A stretch of 44,853 nucleotides of DNA from Microcoleus sp. GA_180221_E-2-1-MAG-45_12. GTDB lineage: Bacteria; Cyanobacteriota; Cyanobacteriia; Cyanobacteriales; JAAUUE01. Shown here piece by piece: positions 37,449 through 44,853 of this stretch (its first letter is position 1; each line of letters opens with the position of its first letter). The notes under the pieces were generated by a model. The model saw only the letters and a program-made list of their open reading frames with translations, searched no databases and was not told the origin of the DNA. The translations under genes were made by a program, and so were the position numbers. The DNA lies in assembly GCA_020692245.1 (NCBI GenBank), contig JAIMKT010000019.1, forward strand, positions 10,659 through 55,511. Reading direction: 5' to 3'.

Positions 37449-38333
37449 TTAATTCTTAATCCCAGTCGCAGCAATTCCTCGGATAAATTGGCGTTGCCCA
37501 ATAATAAATAAAACTACGATCGGAAGCGTGGCGATCGCTACCCCCGCCATGAGTAATTGCCAATTATTTGTAAACTGTTCCTGCAACTCTGCTAGAGCTA
37601 ATTGGACTGTGCGTAATTCTGGGCGAGTCGTAAAAACTAGGGGCTTAAATAAATCATTCCATTCCGCAATAAAAGTAAATAAAAATAATGTCACCAAGGC
37701 GGGACGAGCCAAGGGCAGAATAACATGCCAGAGAATTTGCCACGGTGTTGCTCCATCAAGGGCAGCAGCATCTTCTAGCTCAATGGGGATAGTTTGGAAA
37801 TATTGACGCATGAGAAATATGCCAAAACCATTAGCCGCCGTGGGGAGAATTAACGCCCAGTAAGTATTAATCATCCCGCCCCATTTTAATACCAAAAAAA
37901 TCGGAATTACTAATAGTTGAAAAGGAATAATTAGGGTGGCAATTATCAATAGTAATAGAAGTTTTCTGCCGGGAAATTGTAATCTGGCGAGGGCATAACC
38001 AGCTAGGGATGAGGTGATTATTTGGAGGGCTGTTACTGCCAAAGCAACTAGGGTAGAGTTGCCAAAAGCAAGGAGAAATTTCCCCCGACTCCAAGCCTCT
38101 TCATAGTTTGCCCAAGTAAAACCGCCTTCTAGGTTGGTGAAGGAAAAATATAGGGGGACTAATAAAGGTAGAAGAACAATTAATACACCTAGAAATAACA
38201 GCAGGATAGAGAAGATCGATCGATCCCCCAACATCACACCCCCTAAAACCTGTCGCCCAGAGTTAGCTTGTGAATTATGAGAAGTGCTTAAATTACTAGA
38301 TAGCTTATTTGGTGAATTTTGATTCATAGCCAT
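37449..38333 (-). CDS. Carbohydrate ABC transporter permease (MalG-like)
   Basis: NYEEAW, FGNS, LAGYALARL.FPG, EAA loop [30 protein letters not shown]. Confidence 0.93.
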   Translation of the reverse strand: MAMNQNSPNKLSSNLSTSHNSQANSGRQVLGGVMLGDRSIFSILLLFLGVLIVLLPLLVPLYFSFTNLEGGFTWANYEEAWSRGKFLLAFGNSTLVALAVTALQIITSSLAGYALARLQFPGRKLLLLLIIATLIIPFQLLVIPIFLVLKWGGMINTYWALILPTAANGFGIFLMRQYFQTIPIELEDAAALDGATPWQILWHVILPLARPALVTLFLFTFIAEWNDLFKPLVFTTRPELRTVQLALAELQEQFTNNWQLLMAGVAIATLPIVVLFIIGQRQFIRGIAATGIKN

Positions 38334-38468
38334 TGATTAACCTGTTCTTGAGATAGATTCATAATCTCCGCTACCTGTTGCTGAGAAATCTTCTACTTAA
38401 TAATTGGTGATTTTCTCCATCCATTCAGTACCTAGTGTATCCTGAGAAAAACACTTGAGGAGAGAATT

Positions 38469-39191
38469 ATGGGTTGGCAGCGATCGCACGGCAGAAAATT
38501 TAATCAGCTTCGTCCCCTGAGTTTTGTCCGCAGTTTTACCCGCTTTGCTACTGGTTCCGTGTTAGCTAAGTGTGGTGATACTCAAGTTCTTTGTACTGTA
38601 AGTATCAGTCCGGGAGTACCTAGATTCCTCGAAGGACAGGGACAGGGATGGCTAACGGCAGAATACCGAATGCTCCCCGGTGCTACCCCTCAGAGACACC
38701 CACGGGAATGGCAAAAACTTTCTGGCAGAACTCAAGAAATTCAGCGTTTGGTGGGGCGGAGTCTCCGGGCTGCTCTAGACATGAAGCTCTTAGGAGAAAG
38801 AACAATCACCATTGATGCAGATGTGCTGCAAGCTGATGCTGGCACGAGGACTACGGCGATTAACGGCGGTTTTGTGGCTTTGGGGGAAGCGATCGAGCAA
38901 CTTTTAGCCAGGGGTGAACTGGAGCGATCGCCGATCGTTCATCAAATTGGGGCTGTTTCCGTGGGCTTATTAGAAAATGAACCTTTTTTAGATTTAGATT
39001 ATCCTGAAGATGTGGGTGCAGAGGTAGATCTCAATGTGGTCATGAACGAGGAATTACAGTTAATTGAAGTGCAAGGTACTGCCGAACACCAAAGTTTTAG
39101 CCGTCAGCAACTTAATGAAATGCTGGATCTAGCCGAAGTTGGTATTAAAGAAATATTTGACTTGCAAAAGAAAGCCCTGATTTCTTCCTGA
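38469..39191 (+). CDS. rph: Ribonuclease PH
   Basis: [52 protein letters not shown]. Confidence 0.97.
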   Translation: MGWQRSHGRKFNQLRPLSFVRSFTRFATGSVLAKCGDTQVLCTVSISPGVPRFLEGQGQGWLTAEYRMLPGATPQRHPREWQKLSGRTQEIQRLVGRSLRAALDMKLLGERTITIDADVLQADAGTRTTAINGGFVALGEAIEQLLARGELERSPIVHQIGAVSVGLLENEPFLDLDYPEDVGAEVDLNVVMNEELQLIEVQGTAEHQSFSRQQLNEMLDLAEVGIKEIFDLQKKALISS

Positions 39192-39254
39192 AACTTTGGT
39201 AAATAGAAATAATATCAAACCTTCTATTTATTTTATTAAATTTTATTTATATCT

Positions 39255-41057
39255 ATGCCAGAAATCATCAAGAATACTTGGCAACATCTCCAGAAAAATG
39301 CCAGAGCAAAATTAGCATTGATCATGTTAGTTATTGCTCTCATCGGTCTGCCTGTAGTGAATGACTACGGGATCACTGTAGATGAAGGCACAGAAATTTC
39401 TATGGTACGCCGCAATCTAGAATGGGTCGCCAATGGCACGCCAATTCCGGGTGATTTAAAATATTTTGGGACGGCTTTTAATGTTTTCTCAGAAACAATT
39501 TTTCAAGCAAAAGAATTTGTAGTTAATGGCTTTTCTTTTAAGAGTCTAGATTATGCACAACAGCTAAATAGTGAAGCAAGTAGGCTCCAAGCTCTGAAGG
39601 ATCGAGTGATCGTCAAACATTATGTAACTTTTATTTTTTCGGGAATTACCTACCTCGCAGTAGCTGGGATCGTAAGTATTTTTTGTGGGGTAGAGTATGC
39701 ATGGTTAGGAGCTTTGAGTTTAGCAGTGATGCCAATTCATTGGGGGCATAGTTTCTTTAATCCCAAAGATACTCCCTTTGCAGCCATGTTTACTCTCTCT
39801 AGTTTAATGGGAGCTTATTTAATTAATTATTATCTAGGCAACAATCAGGATAGTAATAATCAGGAAGAAAATAATCGGGACGATCGAGCTTATCCAAACA
39901 ATTCAAAGCCCACAGAGTATCCAGATCATCCAAATCCTCTCGGTAATCTAAATCAGCAAAAAATCAAGCTAGGTAATAATCAAGCTACTACCTATACTAT
40001 TTTTTATGGAATTCTTCTAGGCTTAAGTTCTGGGGTGAGAATTGGAGCTTTTTTGATTTTATTTTTCTTTTTGATTACTTACTTAATTCTCTGGTGGGAA
40101 CGGGGTAGAGATAAGGAATCATTAGTTAATTTTGCTGGGTTATATCTAGCTCTGGGTATTACTTGGGCGATCGTTCATGCCATTTTTTATCCGGGGTTTT
40201 GGGGTAATCCGATCGCTGGCTTTTTTGAAACCTTAAATTATCTATCTAACCATAGCCTCAAGATTACGGTTCTATTCAAGGGCTGGAATTTTCCGATCCA
40301 AAAAATATCAAGATGGTATTTGCCTACGTGGATTTTTATGGCAGTGCCTGTAATATTTAACTTTGGATTTCTAGTCGGTTCAACGTGGATTATTGCTCGG
40401 TATCGGCAGCTTTCTATCTTACAAAAATCCTGTGCTATGCTCCTCTGGTGGCAAATATTACTCCTGCCTCTATTTGCTGTAGTTAGAAGAACTCCTGTAT
40501 ACGATGGAATGCGGCATTTTCTATTCATTACACCGGGATTAGTAGCCTTTACAGTAATAGCAATTGTTTGGTTATATCAGGGATTAAATAAATTTAGTAG
40601 CAAAAATTATCAACGTTTTAGTAGCAAAAATTATCAACGTTTTTTAGTAGGGCTAGTAACAGCCATATATTTAGCAATCATGATAGACATGGTGAGTTTA
40701 CATCCTTACCAGTATGCCTATGTGAATCGAGTTGCCGGCGGAATTCAGGCGACCCCAGACCAGTTTGATCTAGAAATTCTCGGCTTGAGCCTGCGGGAGG
40801 GGATGGAATGGTTAAATGAAAATGGAACTTCTAGTAGTAAGGTATTAATAGGCGGATTACCAAATTCAGCCAAATTATATGCTGCTCCCAGATTTCAAAT
40901 ATTTTCTGTTGAAGATAGTCAGGCAAATTTTGATAAACCTTTTTATTATCTAAGTTGGCTGCGTTGGGGACAGCAGTATGAATTTTCAGAATGTCCGATC
41001 GTCCATCAAGTAACCCGGCAAGGGGTATCTTTTGCGGTAATTCGTGAGTGTAAATAG
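39255..41057 (+). CDS. GT-C superfamily membrane glycosyltransferase (ArnT/PMT-like)
   Basis: Multi-TM; DYGITVDE, GHSFFNPKDTPFA, YDGMRHFLF, HPYQYAYVN. Confidence 0.72.
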   Translation: MPEIIKNTWQHLQKNARAKLALIMLVIALIGLPVVNDYGITVDEGTEISMVRRNLEWVANGTPIPGDLKYFGTAFNVFSETIFQAKEFVVNGFSFKSLDYAQQLNSEASRLQALKDRVIVKHYVTFIFSGITYLAVAGIVSIFCGVEYAWLGALSLAVMPIHWGHSFFNPKDTPFAAMFTLSSLMGAYLINYYLGNNQDSNNQEENNRDDRAYPNNSKPTEYPDHPNPLGNLNQQKIKLGNNQATTYTIFYGILLGLSSGVRIGAFLILFFFLITYLILWWERGRDKESLVNFAGLYLALGITWAIVHAIFYPGFWGNPIAGFFETLNYLSNHSLKITVLFKGWNFPIQKISRWYLPTWIFMAVPVIFNFGFLVGSTWIIARYRQLSILQKSCAMLLWWQILLLPLFAVVRRTPVYDGMRHFLFITPGLVAFTVIAIVWLYQGLNKFSSKNYQRFSSKNYQRFLVGLVTAIYLAIMIDMVSLHPYQYAYVNRVAGGIQATPDQFDLEILGLSLREGMEWLNENGTSSSKVLIGGLPNSAKLYAAPRFQIFSVEDSQANFDKPFYYLSWLRWGQQYEFSECPIVHQVTRQGVSFAVIRECK

Positions 41058-41090
41058 TGTACATTAGGTAATGTAAATTAATATTGAAGT

Positions 41091-41597
41091 ATGAATTATT
41101 TAATTGCTGTTCTGAGCGATCGCATCCAAGCAGAAGAGGCTTACACAGCTTTGGAAACGGCTGGATTAACCACTAGGCAAGTCAGTATTCTGGGCAGGGG
41201 CTATAAAAGTGCCGATGAATTTGGTCTCATTGATCCTAAGCTGCAAGCCCAACAGCAGGCTCAACGGATGATTTACTGGTTAGCTCCCTTTGGCTTTATT
41301 GCCGGATTTGGTTTTAATGTTGTTACCGGGCTAGATACTTTTCCTTGGGCAGGAACCTTGGGTAATCAGATCATTGGCGGTATTTTTGGGTCGATCGCTG
41401 GGATGATGGGCGGTTTCTTCGTTGGCGGTGGCGTGGGCTTGGTGGGCAGTGGTGATGCTCTACCCTATCGAAATCGTCTTGATGCGGGTAAGTATTTAAT
41501 CGTTGTCCAAGGGACGGATAGTTTAACTAGTCAAGCTACTAAGGTTTTGAAAAAGTTTAATCCCGAAAGCATCCAAGGCTACCAAGAAGAAGGTTAA
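41091..41597 (+). CDS. Hypothetical membrane protein with Gly-rich helices
   Basis: MNYLIAVL.DRIQAEEAYTALE, ILGRGYKSADEFG, YRNRLDAGKYLIVV. Confidence 0.8.
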   Translation: MNYLIAVLSDRIQAEEAYTALETAGLTTRQVSILGRGYKSADEFGLIDPKLQAQQQAQRMIYWLAPFGFIAGFGFNVVTGLDTFPWAGTLGNQIIGGIFGSIAGMMGGFFVGGGVGLVGSGDALPYRNRLDAGKYLIVVQGTDSLTSQATKVLKKFNPESIQGYQEEG

Positions 41598-41619
41598 AAA
41601 TCATTGTTTATGTTACCTT

Positions 41620-42399
41620 ATGTTACCTAGAGTAGAATTATTAAAAGGTTTAGAAAATCGAGAAACCATTGCAAGGGTGATTGATCTAGCCGAGCAAGCC
41701 ATTAAAACGTGGGAAGTGGTGGTGACGGATTTTCTCTCGCCGCCGGAGTTGGTCGAAGTTCGCCAAGTATTCGATCGCCTCACAGAAATTCAGTTAGTGG
41801 TCTGGGGTGGTTATCCCCAAGCAGAAAGACAGCGTTGTGCGATCGCCAGAGCCGATATTCCCCTCAGCCAAGAGAGTGTCACCCTCGCCGCCGTGGACAT
41901 CGCCGGAAATTTTCTCTTTGATCCCGCCACTCACCGAGATTTTTTGGGTTCTTTGCTGGGCTGTGGCATTGTCCGAGAAAAAACTGGGGATATCATTATC
42001 CTCGGAGAACGGGGAGCGCAGGCGATCATAGTACCAGAAATGGTGGAATTTCTCACTCTGCATCTGCAACAGGTGCGATCGGTACCAGTCCAAGTCAAAG
42101 AGATTTCCCTCACTGATCTAAAAATTCGAGAACCCAAGAAAAAAGAACTAACCACCGTTGAAGCCTCCTTGCGTTTGGATGCGATCGCTTCGGCTGGGTT
42201 TGGGCTATCTCGGAGCAAAATGGTAGATTTCATTAACTCTGGGGATGTACGGGTAAATTGGAAGGATGTGAGCCAATCTAGCTACAACCTAAAGATGGGG
42301 GATTTGGTAGCTCTGCGGGGTAAAGGTCGGCTAGAAGTCGGGGAAATTACTGTCACCAAAAAAGACCGTTATCGAGTTCAGTTAACTCGTTTTCTCTAA
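41620..42399 (+). CDS. YlmH/Sll1252-type S4 RNA-binding domain protein
   Basis: TDFLSP, GGYPQAERQR, ATHRDFLG, REKTGDI, VEASLRLDAIASAGFGLSRSK, RGKGR. Confidence 0.92.
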   Translation: MLPRVELLKGLENRETIARVIDLAEQAIKTWEVVVTDFLSPPELVEVRQVFDRLTEIQLVVWGGYPQAERQRCAIARADIPLSQESVTLAAVDIAGNFLFDPATHRDFLGSLLGCGIVREKTGDIIILGERGAQAIIVPEMVEFLTLHLQQVRSVPVQVKEISLTDLKIREPKKKELTTVEASLRLDAIASAGFGLSRSKMVDFINSGDVRVNWKDVSQSSYNLKMGDLVALRGKGRLEVGEITVTKKDRYRVQLTRFL

Positions 42400-42478
42400 A
42401 GTTTTATCTAAAAAAATCAACTCACTAATTCCCCCATCAAATCTACACTAAATCTATGCTAAATCTAGGAGATAGTTA

Positions 42479-43462
42479 ATGCTAGATATTAATAAACATC
42501 CTGAAAAGTCAAGAGTCAAATTTAGTGTGGTGATTACGACTTTTAATCGCTGGCAATTACTTGAAAGGGCAATTTTTAGTGCTTTGCAACAAACTATTCC
42601 CTGCGAAGTAGTCGTGATTGATGATGCCTCCACTGATGCCACAGAGAAACACATTAAAAAACTCCTTGTCACCTATTCTGAGAGATTAATTTACCATCGT
42701 TTTTCTGAAAATTTAGGACATTCGGCGGCGGTGAATCAAGGGGTAAAATTAGCTACGGGAGACTGGATTAAATTAGTTGATGATGATGATTATTTAGCGA
42801 TTAATTGCCTAGAAGAATTAAGTAACGTAATTAACTATTATCCTCAAGCAGTGATCTGCTCCATGCAAGCCTTTCAAGTAAATGAAATGGGGCAGGAAAT
42901 TAGTAGAACCAGAAAAGTTGGTCAGGAGCCAGTGGTTTATATAAAACAGGAGGATATTCACTACGGGATGTTGTTGGAATTAGTCCCCTTTGGTACACCG
43001 ATTCAAGTGTCTTTTCGTCGGGATGTTTTTTTGGAAACTAAAGGATGGGATTCGCACCTAGATACTAACTACGATGATATTGATTCTTGGATTAAGATTG
43101 CAAAGTTTGGGGATGCAATTTTTATTAACCATTGTCTAGGGTATCGCACGGTGTGGGCAGGGGGATTAAATCAAAAGTTCTCGATCGTCGATCGCCTTAA
43201 AGTTAACATCTGGATGAAGGCAAGAATCTATCAATTAATCAACCCCAAATACAAGGATCATCTCCCCAGTCTAGACACCATCCAAATCTATCTCCGTCTC
43301 CATTGGGGCTTAGTTGCTCTCAAACAAAAACAACTTTCTACGGCTTTTTCTTTACTATTTCCTGCCCTCTTTTTCCCTAGAGCTTGGCAACTCCTTTGGG
43401 GCAGAAAACACCAAGGACAATTAACTCAGAAAATTTATCAAAAGTTACCAGAAAATATTTAA
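42479..43462 (+). CDS. Glycosyltransferase family 2
   Basis: FSVVITTFNR, VVVIDDASTD, NLGHSAAVN.G, WIKLVDDDD. Confidence 0.92.
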   Translation: MLDINKHPEKSRVKFSVVITTFNRWQLLERAIFSALQQTIPCEVVVIDDASTDATEKHIKKLLVTYSERLIYHRFSENLGHSAAVNQGVKLATGDWIKLVDDDDYLAINCLEELSNVINYYPQAVICSMQAFQVNEMGQEISRTRKVGQEPVVYIKQEDIHYGMLLELVPFGTPIQVSFRRDVFLETKGWDSHLDTNYDDIDSWIKIAKFGDAIFINHCLGYRTVWAGGLNQKFSIVDRLKVNIWMKARIYQLINPKYKDHLPSLDTIQIYLRLHWGLVALKQKQLSTAFSLLFPALFFPRAWQLLWGRKHQGQLTQKIYQKLPENI

Positions 43463-43499
43463 ATTAGCTGAGAACTTTAGCCGAGAATTATTGTTTGTC

Positions 43500-44853
43500 T
43501 TACCAAGGATTGCCGACCATAGTAAATGCACTCCAGAAATAGGGATGCCGGAGCGATCGATCGCCCAGACTTCTTAATTCATCAGTCAGAGGAATAGTAC
43601 CATTGACTGTTACCAGATTTCCACCCTCTAACCGCACTTCTCCCCGGAGCATTGCTAACTGTGCTTGTCGTAATGCTTCTGCCTTAGTAGTTGTCACCTG
43701 TAATTGTTGATAGAACTTAGTCATTAACCCTAAAGTTGCTGCATCATTCACTTCCCACAAACTCGCTAGGGCAGACCTGACTCCAGCATTGATGGCTAAA
43801 CTGGCAAAACCTAACTCCGCATCTCGATCGCCCAAGGCGGTTTGACAAGCACTAAGTACCAATAAATCTACCGGAGGATTGCCCCAATTAAGCTGGCTAA
43901 GTTGGTCTAGGCTCAGTTTCTGATCCCAAAGTTGAATATAGGAATTGGCTCGATCGCCCGGACTAAACACTGCATGGGTGGCAAGATGAATCATCCGAAA
44001 CGGTCTAGCCTGTCGTTGCTGAATAAGGTTATTTAGGGTAAAGCGATCGTTCAAAAACTCTGAACCTTGCCATAGTTCACTAACGGTATTTACTTCTAAA
44101 GACACGGCGGGTAAAGGACTTAAGCCAGAATCACCAAAAGTCGTCGCCCCCATCGCCAAGACCTGAGAACCTTCTAGAGGATTGTAGGTAGGTGGAGTTA
44201 AGTTGAGAGAGGGCATTAAGCCTACACTGTAGCGTTCTACAATAAATCCCTGACCATCATGGAGAGCCGCGAGGGGGATCGATCGTAGTCCTGTATCCAT
44301 CAAAAATACTAAGTTATCAATCCCTTGGGCTTGGAGTTCAGCTTCCAAAGGTGCTATTAACCACTTATACATCTGTTGAGATGGAGTCAGAAACCCACGC
44401 GAGCTACGAAAATTAGTCACTTCAGAACGAAAATTATTAGCTACTTCCAATACTTGGCGGCGGGTAGTTGTAGGAAACTGGACTCGAACCGGTTCTCCTT
44501 TCCCATTAATCATAATTATTTCCAGAAGATCATTCTCCCCAGCAGTGCGATTAGTTTGGGCAGCTAAATTAGCACTATTAAAGTTATTAGAGCTATCTTG
44601 AGGAGCAAAGAAAACATAAACTAGGGCAGGTTTAACTCTAGTAGTTTCAGTAATCAGATTGAGCTTAATTTTAGTGTCTTGTAAATTATATTGGGTGTTT
44701 AATTGCGAGTTAATATCTTCTTCCGATCTATTAGCTGTTGTCGAATTGCTTGTTTGATTGGAATTTGCTAAAGAATTTGCTTCACTTCCCGATCCATTAG
44801 CTGTTGTCGAATTGCTTGTTTGATTGGAATTTACTAAAGAATTTGCTTCACTT
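43500..44853 (-). CDS. CHAT (caspase-like) domain protein, 3' part; starts beyond the window end
   Basis: Frame open to window end; IPLAALHDG..FIVERY, IHLATHA (His), LLVLSACQTALGD (Cys), ASLWEVND, HPYFWSAFTMVGNPW. Confidence 0.9.
   Translation of the reverse strand, partial: SEANSLVNSNQTSNSTTANGSGSEANSLANSNQTSNSTTANRSEEDINSQLNTQYNLQDTKIKLNLITETTRVKPALVYVFFAPQDSSNNFNSANLAAQTNRTAGENDLLEIIMINGKGEPVRVQFPTTTRRQVLEVANNFRSEVTNFRSSRGFLTPSQQMYKWLIAPLEAELQAQGIDNLVFLMDTGLRSIPLAALHDGQGFIVERYSVGLMPSLNLTPPTYNPLEGSQVLAMGATTFGDSGLSPLPAVSLEVNTVSELWQGSEFLNDRFTLNNLIQQRQARPFRMIHLATHAVFSPGDRANSYIQLWDQKLSLDQLSQLNWGNPPVDLLVLSACQTALGDRDAELGFASLAINAGVRSALASLWEVNDAATLGLMTKFYQQLQVTTTKAEALRQAQLAMLRGEVRLEGGNLVTVNGTIPLTDELRSLGDRSLRHPYFWSAFTMVGNPW
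44723..44853 (-). repeat. 66-bp coding tandem repeat in the CHAT gene (two units visible)
   Basis: SEANSLVNSNQTSNSTTANGSG / SEANSLANSNQTSNSTTANRSE. Confidence 0.9.

Larger units (their letters stand above)
30907..37900. repeat. Direct tandem duplication of a 3,497-bp unit (30907-34403; 34404-37900)
   Basis: All ORFs recur at offset 3497 with identical translations; junction ...TACCAAAAAAA|TAGGAGATCATGC joins the permease interior to the cruA upstream region. Confidence 0.97.

Noticed and set aside
30907-37900. Transposon or prophage explanation for the duplication
   Set aside because: No transposase, integrase, terminal inverted repeats or att-like direct repeats at the boundaries.
1602-42672. 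Many short antisense or alternate-frame ORFs in the track (e.g. 1602-1958, 21448-21921, 31605-32105, 41931-42233)
   Set aside because: They are nested in well-supported genes and have no recognisable motifs, so they are treated as shadow ORFs.

Overview
Core-genome-like region of a cyanobacterium, judged from dense CGATCG/GCGATCGC (HIP1) sites, STRR heptamer repeats and genes such as cruA, crtW, ycf49 and sigE. It holds about 45 mostly unrelated genes: amt1, hom, ribE, rbfA, purU, rpsU, sigE, priA, crtW, deoC, cobS, dacB, rph, glycosyltransferases, two probable toxin-antitoxin modules and a partial CHAT-domain gene. The main structural anomaly is an apparently exact 3,497-bp tandem duplication (30907-34403 / 34404-37900). 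It copies a CruA-type lycopene cyclase, its abutting SAM methyltransferase and the 3' half of an ABC permease, with no IS at the junction. Other signals outside the ORF track: a 112-bp MITE with an 8-bp target-site duplication, intergenic 'cassettes' bounded by inverted heptamer arrays that carry REP/SDR-like palindromes, a GST 3' remnant next to the duplication, two small genes the track missed (rpsU and a 58-aa partner of a nucleotidyltransferase), NtcA-like boxes and several in-frame micro-duplications. I saw no CRISPR array, rRNA or tRNA. I cannot claim a clearly new multi-gene system. The best leads are the cruA-methyltransferase amplification, the heptamer-bounded cassettes and the small-protein/nucleotidyltransferase pair. 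All family assignments come from motif recognition, not database searches.
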